Source: an uncultured Alphaproteobacteria bacterium (lineage in GTDB: Bacteria; Pseudomonadota; Alphaproteobacteria; HIMB59; GCA-002718135). Taken from it: a stretch of 64,000 nt of DNA. Positions 28,068 to 38,299 of this stretch are shown here, piece by piece. Both the position numbers and the translations under genes were made by a program. Location: the NCBI GenBank assembly GCA_902602885.1, contig CACKSM010000001.1:17550-81549 (forward strand). The letters are read 5' to 3'. Position 1 is the stretch's first letter. Each line of letters begins with the position of its first letter. Under the pieces are notes generated by a model, which saw only the letters and a program-made list of their open reading frames with translations, made no database searches and was not told the DNA's origin.

Positions 28068-29366
28068 ATGAGTAAACTTAATATTGGTATAGCGGGATTG
28101 GGAAACGTTGGGTCAGCACTAGTTGAGACAATAGAAGAAAATAAAAATTATTTCTTTGATAAAACAGATGTCGAATTAAATATCGTTGGAATATCTGCAA
28201 GAACAAAAAATAAAAAAAGAAATTTTAATATATCAAATTATACTTGGTATGATGATCCAAGAGAAATGTCTAAAGATGATAATTGCAACGTAATTATTGA
28301 ATTAATTGGTGAAGAAAAAGGAATTAGTTATGAAATAATTGAAACAGCATTAAAAAATAAAAAACATGTTGTAACAGGGAATAAAGCTTTAATAGCTAAT
28401 CACGGAAAAGAATTATTCGAATTAGCTAATACGCACTCACTAGCTTTATCATATGAAGCTGCTGTTGCAGGTGGTATTCCAATCATAAAAACAATAAAAA
28501 ATTCTATTAGTTTAGATAGAATTAATAAAATATCTGGAATTTTAAATGGAACCACAAATTACATTTTAACAAAAATGCAACAAGATAATTTGTCCTTTGA
28601 TGCAGTTCTTAATATTGCTAAAGATAAAGGATTTACTTCTGATCAGGAATCAAAATTAGATATTGGTGGATATGATGCAGCACACAAGTTAACAATATTA
28701 TCAACTCTATGTTTTAAATCAAATTTAAACTTTAATAATAATTATATTGAAGGAATCTCAAATATTAAAATTGAAGATATTAATTTTGCTGAAAAATTAG
28801 GGTATAAGATAAAATTAATATCTGAAGCTTGTATAATTGAAGGAATGATTTCAAACTTTACTTTACCAAAATTAGTTTCAATGGATAATCCCTTAGCTAG
28901 TGTTGATAATGCTCTTAATGCGATTAATATTGAAACTATACATCTAGAAAATTTATTTTTAGAGGGTGAAGGAGCAGGTGGGAAGCCAACTGCCAGCTCT
29001 GTCTTGTCTGATTTATATGATATATCTCAGAATGAAAAATTTGATAATTTGGGTTTTCAAATTGATAAGCTACAAAGCTTTGAAAAATATTCAGCAGAAA
29101 ATGTAATTAATAGCTATTACCTAAGAATAATGACAGAAGATAAACCAGGAGTTCTTTCATCAATTACTAATTATTTTAGTGATTTTGATATATCTGTTAA
29201 AAAAATACTTCAACTTCCTGAGGGTTCGGAAGCAGATAAACCTATACCTATTATAATAACTACGCATAATATTCAGAAAGAAAAATTAAGTAATGTAATT
29301 AATAAAATTGAAGGTTTAGAATTTGTAAAAGAAAAAATTACTGTTCTTGCTATTCATGATAATTAA
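28068..29366 (+). CDS. hom: Homoserine dehydrogenase
   Basis: The NAD-binding N-terminus is IGIAGLGNVGSAL. Also present are EAAVAGGIPII, ISGILNGTTNYIL, EGEGAGGKPTASSVLSDL and a C-terminal ACT domain. Confidence 0.92.
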   Translation: MSKLNIGIAGLGNVGSALVETIEENKNYFFDKTDVELNIVGISARTKNKKRNFNISNYTWYDDPREMSKDDNCNVIIELIGEEKGISYEIIETALKNKKHVVTGNKALIANHGKELFELANTHSLALSYEAAVAGGIPIIKTIKNSISLDRINKISGILNGTTNYILTKMQQDNLSFDAVLNIAKDKGFTSDQESKLDIGGYDAAHKLTILSTLCFKSNLNFNNNYIEGISNIKIEDINFAEKLGYKIKLISEACIIEGMISNFTLPKLVSMDNPLASVDNALNAINIETIHLENLFLEGEGAGGKPTASSVLSDLYDISQNEKFDNLGFQIDKLQSFEKYSAENVINSYYLRIMTEDKPGVLSSITNYFSDFDISVKKILQLPEGSEADKPIPIIITTHNIQKEKLSNVINKIEGLEFVKEKITVLAIHDN

Positions 29367-29371
29367 TTAAT

Positions 29372-31117
29372 GTGAATATTGAAAAATCACTATCTGAGAA
29401 ATTTTGGGAAGAAAAGCAAATAGACTTTAAGCACATACAAGCTCTTTCACAAAAAAAATCAATATCTGAAATTTTTTCAAAACTTCTAATTTCAAGAGGT
29501 GTCTTCGAAGAAAATTATGATAACTATATAAATCCCAATCTTTTAAATAATCTTCCGGATCCTTTTGAACTTAAAGATATGAAAAAAGGAATTGAAAGAT
29601 GTATTGAGGCTTTAAAAAATAATGAAAAGATTGGAATAATCGCTGATTATGATGTTGATGGATCTACTTCTGCTTCAATTTTATATAAATTTTTAAATAA
29701 TTTTACCAATAATATTATTTGTAAAATTCCGCATAGATTATCGGAGGGTTATGGTCCAAATGTTAGGCTTATGAATGAAATGCTTAATGAAAAAATTACA
29801 CTTTTGTTTACACTGGATTGTGGTACATCAGCATTTAACTCGATTGATTTGCCATATTACAATGATATTGAAGTTATAGTTATAGATCATCATTTAAGTG
29901 AATTTAAACTGCCAAAAGTTCATTCTATAATTAACCCAAATAGATTTGATGAAAACAATGATTATAAAGACTTTGCTGCAGTAGCAGTAACCTTTCTTTT
30001 TTTAATGGGCTTAAGAAAGCAAATTAGAGAATTAAAATTATTTCCAAATATAAAAGAACCAAATTTGATGTCATATTTAGACTTAGTTGCTGTTGGAACA
30101 ATTTGTGATATTGTTAATATTAACAATTACAATAGATCAATTGTCAGTAAAGGTTTGGAGCTCATTAGAAATCGAAAAAATAAATCAATAACTAAAATAT
30201 TAGATAACTCTAATATTAATCATGAACCTTTAGCTAAAGATATTGGTTTTGTCTTAGGACCACAAATTAATGCTGCGAGTAGAATTGATGACTCTTCTTT
30301 ATCCTCCAGACTTCTTATATCAAATGATGATTCTGAAATAGAAACTATTTCTAGAAAACTATTTTTAATTAATGAAAAAAGAAAATTAATTGAGCAAAAT
30401 ATATTCAATGAAGCAATTGAGCAAATAAAAGATCAAGAAAATAAAAAATTTATTATTGTTTATAAAGAGAATTGGCACCAAGGTGTTCTAGGTATAGTTG
30501 CCAGTAAAATAGTAGCTCTTTATAACAAGCCAACATTTGTATTTTCTTTTATTAATAATATTGGAACTGGCTCAGGCAGATCAATAGATCAAATTGATAT
30601 TGGAAGTATTGTCCTTGAGCTTAAGGCTAATGATTTAATAGAAGATGGGGGTGGTCATAAAATGGCAGTTGGTTTAAAAATAAATAAAAAAAAATTAGAT
30701 AAAATAGATAAATTCTTAGTTAAAAAATTTGATTCTTATCATGATAATTTTTTTGAAAAAAAAATATTTTATGATAGTGAAATTTCTGTAAATCAAATAA
30801 ACAAAGATTTTTTAGATAATTTAGAATTATTAGAACCTCACGGCAAAGGTAATGAAGAACCTCAATTTTTAATCAAAGATATAGTAATTGATCAGGTTAA
30901 AATTGTAAAAAATAAACATATTTTAATTTTTTTTAAAAATGATGTAGGTGAAAATTTAAAAGGTATCTCATTCAACTCTATGAATACCCTTATTGGTGAT
31001 TATCTTCTGAAGTTTAATAAATTTAAATTTCATATTTTGTGTTCTATTAAAAAAGATAACTTCTCAAGTAATCAGATGCCCCAAATACTGATCCATGATG
31101 TGAAAGTAATCAATTAA
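29372..31117 (+). CDS. recJ: Single-stranded-DNA-specific exonuclease RecJ
   Basis: DHH motifs are present (IIADYDVDGSTS, LDCGT, VIVIDHH), together with DHHA1 (GGGHKMAVG). The start is GTG. Confidence 0.92.
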   Translation: MNIEKSLSEKFWEEKQIDFKHIQALSQKKSISEIFSKLLISRGVFEENYDNYINPNLLNNLPDPFELKDMKKGIERCIEALKNNEKIGIIADYDVDGSTSASILYKFLNNFTNNIICKIPHRLSEGYGPNVRLMNEMLNEKITLLFTLDCGTSAFNSIDLPYYNDIEVIVIDHHLSEFKLPKVHSIINPNRFDENNDYKDFAAVAVTFLFLMGLRKQIRELKLFPNIKEPNLMSYLDLVAVGTICDIVNINNYNRSIVSKGLELIRNRKNKSITKILDNSNINHEPLAKDIGFVLGPQINAASRIDDSSLSSRLLISNDDSEIETISRKLFLINEKRKLIEQNIFNEAIEQIKDQENKKFIIVYKENWHQGVLGIVASKIVALYNKPTFVFSFINNIGTGSGRSIDQIDIGSIVLELKANDLIEDGGGHKMAVGLKINKKKLDKIDKFLVKKFDSYHDNFFEKKIFYDSEISVNQINKDFLDNLELLEPHGKGNEEPQFLIKDIVIDQVKIVKNKHILIFFKNDVGENLKGISFNSMNTLIGDYLLKFNKFKFHILCSIKKDNFSSNQMPQILIHDVKVIN

Positions 31118-31161
31118 ATAATTTGAAAAAAATCAAAATATCTACTATATACCAAACACGT

Positions 31162-31236
31162 GTCCCCTTCGTCTATCGGTTAGGACATCAGGTTTTCATC
31201 CTGAAAAGAGGAGTTCGACTCTCCTAGGGGATGCCA
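31162..31236 (+). tRNA. tRNA-Glu (anticodon TTC)
   Basis: Manual cloverleaf: acceptor GTCCCCT/AGGGGAT, anticodon arm TCAGG-TTTTCAT-CCTGA, T-arm AGGAG-TTCGACT-CTCCT, with an encoded CCA. Confidence 0.93.
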
Positions 31237-31241
31237 CTAAT

Positions 31242-32228
31242 CTAGGGGCATAGAATTATTGACCCTACAGAATTCCTTGATTGAATCAACTCATGAGCCT
31301 CACTGGCTTCTGATAATTTAAATTTTTTGAAAATATTAGGCTTAATTTCTTTATTTTTAATTTTTAAAAACAATTTGTTACTACATTCTGTGAGCTCTTC
31401 TGAATTGCGAATATAATGCATTAATGTTGGTCTAGTATAATATAAACTTTTAGGATTAAATGTACTATGAAGATTGACATCATTTATCATTCCGGAAGAT
31501 TGTCCGAAAGATACCATTAGCCCTCTAAATTTTAAGCATTGCAAAGATATATCAAACGTATCTTTACCTACTCCATCATAAACCACATTAACTCCCTCAT
31601 CGTTTGTTAATTTTAAAACATTACTATGAACATCCTCTTGTTTATAATTAATTGTGAATTCACATCCGTTTTCTTTTGCTAATGATGCTTTTTCATCAGT
31701 ACTAACAGTACCTATCATTTTAGCTCCTATGGATTTTGCCCATTGACTAGCAATTAAGCCAACACCTCCAGCAGCTGCATGAAATAAAAAAACTTCATCT
31801 TTTTGTAATTTATACAACCTTTCAAAAAGGTATTCGACGGTCATTCCCTGCAATAATATTGAAGCAGCTTCATCATTTGAAATATATTCTGGTAATTTTA
31901 CAACTCTTTGAGCATCAAAATCTCTCACTTCGCAATAAGCACCAATTGGAGGGCTAAAGGAGTAAGCTACTCTATCACCAACTTTTAAGTTCGATACATT
32001 ATCTCCAATTTCTATTACATCTCCTGCTGCTTCTACCCCTAAACAAAAAGGGATTTCTATAGGTAACGGGTATATTCCTGTTCTATGATACGTATCTATG
32101 TAGTTAATACCAATTGAAGTTTGGTTAATTCTGACCATATTTTCTTCAACATTTTTAGGCAAATCATAGTTTTCGTATTTTAAAACTTCTGGACCACCTA
32201 GTTTACTGACTATAACTCTATTTGGCAT
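31242..32228 (-). CDS. qor: NADPH:quinone oxidoreductase (zinc-type ADH superfamily)
   Basis: 328 aa with GINYIDTYHRTGIYP, GVEAAGDVIEIGDNV and AAAGGVGLIASQWAK. Confidence 0.85.
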   Translation of the reverse strand: MPNRVIVSKLGGPEVLKYENYDLPKNVEENMVRINQTSIGINYIDTYHRTGIYPLPIEIPFCLGVEAAGDVIEIGDNVSNLKVGDRVAYSFSPPIGAYCEVRDFDAQRVVKLPEYISNDEAASILLQGMTVEYLFERLYKLQKDEVFLFHAAAGGVGLIASQWAKSIGAKMIGTVSTDEKASLAKENGCEFTINYKQEDVHSNVLKLTNDEGVNVVYDGVGKDTFDISLQCLKFRGLMVSFGQSSGMINDVNLHSTFNPKSLYYTRPTLMHYIRNSEELTECSNKLFLKIKNKEIKPNIFKKFKLSEASEAHELIQSRNSVGSIILCP

Positions 32229-34167
32229 AATTATTCTTTAAGTTTTTATATACTAATTCAAATTCTTTTAAACATTCTGGATTGGCTAATGATTCTTCAT
32301 TTTCAATACTTTCACCATTAATTAATTTTTTAATTAAAATTTCAACTATTTTACCACTTCTAGTTCTAGGTATTTCATTAACAGCATATATTAGTGAGGG
32401 TATATGCTTGTAAGAAAGATTAATTTTTATTTCATTTATGATTTTAGATCTTAAATTTTCATTAAATTCATAATTATTATTCAAGACAACAAATAATATA
32501 ATTTTTGTATCATTTTTTAATTTATATTCCACTGCAACTGCTTCCTGAACTTCTCTAATATTTTCAATTACTCTATAAATTTCTGCAGTGCCTATCCTTA
32601 CTCCTCCAGAATTTAGAGTTGCATCTGATCGACCATAAATTACATAACCACCATTTATAGTTTTTTCAATATAATCTCCATGATACCAAATGTTTTTATA
32701 TTTACCAAAATAAGAATTAAAATATTTTTTATTATCAGGATCGTTCCAAAAATATAATGGCATTGATGGAAAAGATGATTTACATACTAGTTCCCCTTTT
32801 TGATTTTCGATTGAATTTCCTTTTTCATCAAATACATCAACATCCATTCCAAGAGCTTTACACTGAATTTCTCCACTATAGACATCCATTAACGGATTAC
32901 CGGTAACAAAACACGAAACTAAATCAGTACCACCACTTATAGATTCAAGATGAATATTTGATTTGATATTTTCATAAACGTATTCAAATGATTCATTAAC
33001 CAAAGGAGATCCTGTTGAAGCTAGCGTATTTAAACTATTTAATTTAAAACTTTCTTTAATTTTAATTTTATTATTTTTTAAAGTATCTAAATACTTTGCA
33101 CCAGTGCCAAAAAAATTAATGCCTTCTTCTTCTGCTATTTCAAAAAGATGTTTATTATCGGGAATAAAAGGGGATCCATCATATAAAATTATTGTTGCTT
33201 TTGACGCCAAAGCAGAAACTAACCAATTCCACATCATCCAACCACAAGTAGTAAAATAAAAAACTCTATCTTTTTCATTAATATCACAATGTAGTACATG
33301 TTCTTTTTTATGTTGTATTAGCGCTCCACCAGAACTGTGAACAATACATTTTGGTACTCCAGTAGTTCCACTCGAATAAAGAATATACAGTGGGTGATTA
33401 AAATTAAACTTTTCAAATTTACTATACGCAATTTCTTGTTGTAAAATCTTACACAAATTATCGTATTCAAAATCTAATTGATAATCTTTTTCATTAAATT
33501 CATATGGTATCAAAATAATTTTTTCTATACTTGGGATATTATATACAATATCTTTTATAATTTTTGTCGTATCAACTTTTTTATTGTTATAAAAATAATA
33601 ATCTGAAAATAATAATACTTTTGGTTCAATTTGTTTAAATCTATCTATAATTGCTTTTTTACCAAAATCTGATGAACATGATGACCAAATAGCACCTAAT
33701 TGTGCTGTAGATAAAAATGAAATTACAGTTTCAGGTACATTAGGAAGTATAGCAGCGATCCTATCATTTTTTTCAATGTTATTATTTTTTAAATAATTTG
33801 CAAATTTCAAAACTGCACTTTTTAACTCTCTCCAAGAGTAATTTCTTTTAATTTTTTTTTCAGAATGAAATATTATTGCATCATCATCATCATCTCTTGT
33901 TAAACAATTTTCAGCATAATTTATCTTACATTCATCAAAAAATTTATTATTAGTAAATTCAGGTGCTGATTTAAAAATTTTACCTTTTTTTTCACCAACA
34001 AAATTTGTAAAATCCCATACATTAGTCCAAAATTCATTTTTATGTTTTATGCTCCAGTTATGCAAGTCTGTATAATTTTTTATATTTAAACTTTTATCTA
34101 GTTGATTAATAAACTTGTGGAGGTTTGTTTTTTTATTATTTGGAGACCACAACTTTATGTTGTGCAT
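32218..34167 (-). CDS. Acetoacetyl-CoA synthetase (acetoacetate-CoA ligase)
   Basis: A 649 aa AMP-forming ligase (YSSGTTGVPKCIVH, GRSDATLNSGGVRIGTAEIY). The N-terminal LWSP...L..F region is typical of acetoacetyl-CoA synthetases. It overlaps qor by 11 nt. Confidence 0.85.
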   Translation of the reverse strand: MHNIKLWSPNNKKTNLHKFINQLDKSLNIKNYTDLHNWSIKHKNEFWTNVWDFTNFVGEKKGKIFKSAPEFTNNKFFDECKINYAENCLTRDDDDDAIIFHSEKKIKRNYSWRELKSAVLKFANYLKNNNIEKNDRIAAILPNVPETVISFLSTAQLGAIWSSCSSDFGKKAIIDRFKQIEPKVLLFSDYYFYNNKKVDTTKIIKDIVYNIPSIEKIILIPYEFNEKDYQLDFEYDNLCKILQQEIAYSKFEKFNFNHPLYILYSSGTTGVPKCIVHSSGGALIQHKKEHVLHCDINEKDRVFYFTTCGWMMWNWLVSALASKATIILYDGSPFIPDNKHLFEIAEEEGINFFGTGAKYLDTLKNNKIKIKESFKLNSLNTLASTGSPLVNESFEYVYENIKSNIHLESISGGTDLVSCFVTGNPLMDVYSGEIQCKALGMDVDVFDEKGNSIENQKGELVCKSSFPSMPLYFWNDPDNKKYFNSYFGKYKNIWYHGDYIEKTINGGYVIYGRSDATLNSGGVRIGTAEIYRVIENIREVQEAVAVEYKLKNDTKIILFVVLNNNYEFNENLRSKIINEIKINLSYKHIPSLIYAVNEIPRTRSGKIVEILIKKLINGESIENEESLANPECLKEFELVYKNLKNNYAK

Positions 34168-34173
34168 AACAAT

Positions 34174-34629
34174 TTAATTCTTTTTTTGATCTTCTTTAAG
34201 AGATCTAACTCTGACAATAACATCAATATTATGCAATGAGAGACAAGCAGGAATAGAAGGTATATCAAGGTTAATATTTTTTGTAGGTATATCATGAATC
34301 TTACCTTCATCTTCAATATACAAATGATAATGAGATTTATTATTATTACAATAAAGTGATTTATTTTGATCAACAACTATTTCTCTAATTAATCCTAATG
34401 AGGTAAATTGTTTTAAGGTGTTATAAATTGTAGCCATAGAAATTTTTCTATCTTCTTTTTTTACTTCATCAAAAAGATTTTCAGCAGAAATATGCCTGTC
34501 ACCTTTTTCAAAAATTAATTTAGCTAAAATTCTTCTTTGTTTTGTTGGTCTTATGCCACTTTCCTCTATTTTTTTCAGTGCGCGGCTGTAAGGACTTAAA
34601 GGATCAATTACTTTATTTTCTATTTTCAT
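34174..34629 (-). CDS. Fur-family transcriptional regulator, Irr-like
   Basis: A winged helix is present (RPTKQRRILAKLIF...ISMATIYNTLKQFTSLGLI). SHYHLYIEDEGKIHDIP resembles the His-rich Irr region. No paired CxxC motifs are present. Confidence 0.75.
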   Translation of the reverse strand: MKIENKVIDPLSPYSRALKKIEESGIRPTKQRRILAKLIFEKGDRHISAENLFDEVKKEDRKISMATIYNTLKQFTSLGLIREIVVDQNKSLYCNNNKSHYHLYIEDEGKIHDIPTKNINLDIPSIPACLSLHNIDVIVRVRSLKEDQKKN

Positions 34630-34645
34630 AATATTATAATAAGTA

Positions 34646-35443
34646 ATGAATTACATTTATTCTGCAATTTTTCTATATTTTTTTTTAGGTTTTCTCTTGT
34701 ATATCCTTCAAAGACGCATTGTTTTTAATAAATCAGGACATCCAGGCGCACCAAAGGATTATAACTTGGATAATACAGAAGAAGTTTATATTAAAACTGA
34801 GGATAACTTAAAGCTGTTATCATGGTATCATAAAGGGAATAATTCACTCCCTTTAATAGTCTATTTTCATGGTAATTCTTTTCATATCGGAGATAGAGCA
34901 TACAGAATCCAAAGGTATATCGAAAAAAATTGGAGCGTACTTTTAGTTTCCTGGAGAGGTTTTGGGGGTAACAAAGGAGATCCAACAGAAAAAAATTTAT
35001 ATAAAGATGCAGAAGCAGTATTAAAATGGATTAAGAATAATACTGAATTTAAATTCAAAGAATTAGTGATTTATGGAGAATCACTCGGATCTGGTGCTGC
35101 AGTAGAAATGGGCACAAAGTACGAATTTTTATCTATTGTTTTAGAAGCGCCATTTACATCTATCAATGATATTGCAAAAAAAAGATATAAAATATTTCCA
35201 ACAAAATATTTAGTTAAAGATAAATTCGATAACTTCAGTAAAATTGATAAAATAACCTCGCCATTACTTATCATTAGTGGAAAAAAGGATGAAATTGTAC
35301 CGCATGAACACAGTATTAAGCTTTATGATAAAGCAAAAGTAATAAAAAAGAGTGTTTTTATTGACGAAGCAATACACAATAATCTATATGATTTCGGGAT
35401 TGAAAAAGAAGTAATTGGCTTTAACTTAAAACTATGGAAATAG
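34646..35443 (+). CDS. Alpha/beta-fold hydrolase
   Basis: It has an N-terminal TM anchor, the oxyanion region VYFHGN, the nucleophile elbow GESLGSG and distal D/H residues (GKKDEIVP, AIHNN). Confidence 0.75.
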   Translation: MNYIYSAIFLYFFLGFLLYILQRRIVFNKSGHPGAPKDYNLDNTEEVYIKTEDNLKLLSWYHKGNNSLPLIVYFHGNSFHIGDRAYRIQRYIEKNWSVLLVSWRGFGGNKGDPTEKNLYKDAEAVLKWIKNNTEFKFKELVIYGESLGSGAAVEMGTKYEFLSIVLEAPFTSINDIAKKRYKIFPTKYLVKDKFDNFSKIDKITSPLLIISGKKDEIVPHEHSIKLYDKAKVIKKSVFIDEAIHNNLYDFGIEKEVIGFNLKLWK

Positions 35444-36735
35444 ATCTAACAACATCATATGTAGGCATTTTAAGCCTTATTGTATTTGTTCTTGCATATG
35501 CTGTTGTAATGGCTGAAGAATTTAGCCATTTAAGAAAATCTAAACCAGTTATTATTTCAGCTGCTGTAATATGGGGTATTATAGCTTTCCATTTTTCTTC
35601 TGATAAGCAATATGCCAAAGAAATTGAGTATGCTCTAGAGCATAATATCTTAGAATTTGCAGAACTTTTCCTTTTTCTTCTAGTTGCTATGACTTACATC
35701 AACGCTTTAGAAGAAAGAAAAGTTTTTGATGTAGTCAGATACCAATTAACATCAAGGGGATTTAGCTTTAGACAATTATTTATATTCACAGGTATAATTA
35801 CTTTTTTCTTATCTCCTATAGCTGATAACTTAACAACTGCACTAGTAATGTGCTCTGTAGTAATGGCCTGTGGTAAAGGTAATACAAAATTTATATCGAT
35901 CGGTTGTATTAATATAGTTGTTGCAGCAAATGCAGGTGGTGCTTTTAGTCCATTTGGAGATATAACTACCTTAATGGTATGGCAGGCTGGTATTGTCGAA
36001 TTTTTTACATTTTTTAAAATATTTTTTCCTTCTGTAGTTAATTACATAATTCCTGCTGCAGTTATGTATTTCTTTATTCCAAATGAAAAACCACAAATTA
36101 GTTCTGATAGAGAATATATGAAAAGAGGCGGACGAGTAATTATCGTTTTAGGTTTGCTTACAATTTTTAGTGCTGTAAACTTCCATAATATTCTTCACTT
36201 GCCTCCAATGCTTGGCATGATGTTTGGTCTTGGTCTACTTGGGTTATATTCTTTTTATTTGCAAATTACACATGATCCATCTGTTGAAGATGAAAAATTT
36301 GATTTCTTTAGAAAAGTTTCAAGAGCTGAATGGGACACTTTATTATTTTTCTTTGGAGTTATTTTAAGTGTAGGTGGTTTAGGATTTATAGGTTACTTAA
36401 CTGTTGTTTCAGAATTCTTATATATTGGCCTTGGTCCAACAATGGCAAATTCTATAGTAGGTGTTCTTTCAGCTATCGTAGATAATATACCAGTGATGTT
36501 TGCTGTAATTACTATGAGACCGGAAATGTCAATTGATCAGTGGTTACTAGTTACATTAACAACAGGAGTGGGCGGTAGCCTATTGTCAATTGGTTCAGCT
36601 GCAGGTGTAGCACTTATGGGACAAGCGAGAGGATATTACACTTTTTTTGGACATTTAAAATGGACTCCAGTTATATTTATTGGTTATGTAGCAAGTATTT
36701 ATCTTCACGTTTTAATGGCTGACTTGCCTTGGTAA
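35434..36735 (+). CDS. nhaD: NhaD-type Na+/H+ antiporter (ArsB/NhaD permease superfamily)
   Basis: A 433 aa polytopic protein. The N-terminus AEEFSHLRKSKPVIISAAVIW and overall architecture resemble NhaD. Confidence 0.7.
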   Translation: MEIDLTTSYVGILSLIVFVLAYAVVMAEEFSHLRKSKPVIISAAVIWGIIAFHFSSDKQYAKEIEYALEHNILEFAELFLFLLVAMTYINALEERKVFDVVRYQLTSRGFSFRQLFIFTGIITFFLSPIADNLTTALVMCSVVMACGKGNTKFISIGCINIVVAANAGGAFSPFGDITTLMVWQAGIVEFFTFFKIFFPSVVNYIIPAAVMYFFIPNEKPQISSDREYMKRGGRVIIVLGLLTIFSAVNFHNILHLPPMLGMMFGLGLLGLYSFYLQITHDPSVEDEKFDFFRKVSRAEWDTLLFFFGVILSVGGLGFIGYLTVVSEFLYIGLGPTMANSIVGVLSAIVDNIPVMFAVITMRPEMSIDQWLLVTLTTGVGGSLLSIGSAAGVALMGQARGYYTFFGHLKWTPVIFIGYVASIYLHVLMADLPW

Positions 36736-38294
36736 TTTAAATTATCAATTAATAAAAAAATAATCATACTAAGTATTAAAATTACACCAGCAACAAAAGA
36801 AGCTTCGTTAAATTTATAGACACTAATCAATTTATATAAGTAAGATGGCAAGGTATCAAAGTTTTGATCTTTAAAAAATGATATTATTGTAAAATCACCA
36901 AAAGTAATAACCGTCGAAAATGCAAAAACAAAAATTATATTTTTTTTAATCATTGGTAGCAAAATAATAAAATAGTTTCTTATGCTGATACGGAAAGTTT
37001 GCTGAAAATTTTCAAAATTTAAAAAAATATTTTTCATGTTATTAAAAAGTATTAATATAGAAAAAGGTAATAAGAATAGACAATTTATCAAAACTATCAC
37101 AAAATATTTAAAAAATTGCACATATCTTAATTCACCTAATATAATAAAATAACCAAGACTAAATATAATTGGAGAAATAATTATTATTGAAGAGCTTATT
37201 AAAAAAATTGATTGCTGAAAAATCATATTTTTATAATTTATTACAAGTATAGATGAAATTATAAACCCAGATATACTAACAATTATTCCTGTAGTAACTG
37301 AAATAATAACAGAGTTAAAAAATGATCCTAAAAATTTTTTATTAATTAAAGATAAATAAATACCATTATTTATAAAATGATAAATTACAGAAATTATTGG
37401 AGAAAAAAGAAATATCGAAAAAAATACAATTATTAAAAAATCTAAAATTTTTATAGCTTTGTATTCTTTATGAGGATGAATGAAATTAATTTGATCTATT
37501 TCAAAAAAATTTGAACCTTTTAATTTGTAAAAACCAATAAATAAAAAAAATAAACAAATAAAAATTTGTAGAAAACTAAGTAATATTGCTTTATTAAAAT
37601 TTAGTTCAAAAAGTGCATATTGATAAATTGCCACCTCAATTGTAGAATACATGGGTCCACCACCTAACGCCATTACTATTGCAAAACTTAAAAAACAAAG
37701 AGAGAATATTATTGAGAACACAGTAAAAAAATTTTGTTTTATATAAGGAATCTCTAATTTTAGAAGATTGCCAAAAAAAGTAATGTTTAGAGAGCTAGAT
37801 ATTTCATAATATTTTAAAGGAATACTATTTAAGGATTGAAAAAATAATCGAGTAGCAAATGGTGTATTTAGAAGTATATGGGCAATTAAAATTGCTTTTA
37901 TTCCAAAAATTGTCTCTATCGAAAAATTCTCGTACAAATTAAAATATGAGTTATAAAAACCATTATTTCCAAAGAGTTTAATTACTGCAAACACTATTAA
38001 GATTGTAGGTATTACAAAGCAAAAACCACAAAGAGAAATGATAAATTTAATAATTTTTAAATTCTTATGTCTATTTAATGCTAATGCGAATGGAATAGCT
38101 AAAAAACAACTTAATAGTGCTGAAAGAAAAGCTTGATAGAGTGAGAAATAAATTAGACGATGCGTATAAGAATTTTGAAAAAAATTATAAATTACCTCTA
38201 AATCAAAGTTTATTTTTGAAAAAATACCTACGAAAGGCAATAGGATTATTAATCCAAAAAAAAATATTACTGAATAATTATATTTATAATACAA
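36705..38294 (-). CDS. thiP: Thiamine ABC transporter permease ThiP-like (duplicated permease)
   Basis: A 529 aa double-domain ABC permease lies directly downstream of thiB (5 nt gap) and under the TPP riboswitch. Confidence 0.8.
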   Translation of the reverse strand: MYYKYNYSVIFFFGLIILLPFVGIFSKINFDLEVIYNFFQNSYTHRLIYFSLYQAFLSALLSCFLAIPFALALNRHKNLKIIKFIISLCGFCFVIPTILIVFAVIKLFGNNGFYNSYFNLYENFSIETIFGIKAILIAHILLNTPFATRLFFQSLNSIPLKYYEISSSLNITFFGNLLKLEIPYIKQNFFTVFSIIFSLCFLSFAIVMALGGGPMYSTIEVAIYQYALFELNFNKAILLSFLQIFICLFFLFIGFYKLKGSNFFEIDQINFIHPHKEYKAIKILDFLIIVFFSIFLFSPIISVIYHFINNGIYLSLINKKFLGSFFNSVIISVTTGIIVSISGFIISSILVINYKNMIFQQSIFLISSSIIIISPIIFSLGYFIILGELRYVQFFKYFVIVLINCLFLLPFSILILFNNMKNIFLNFENFQQTFRISIRNYFIILLPMIKKNIIFVFAFSTVITFGDFTIISFFKDQNFDTLPSYLYKLISVYKFNEASFVAGVILILSMIIFLLIDNLNYQGKSAIKT

Positions 38295-38299
38295 TTTAT

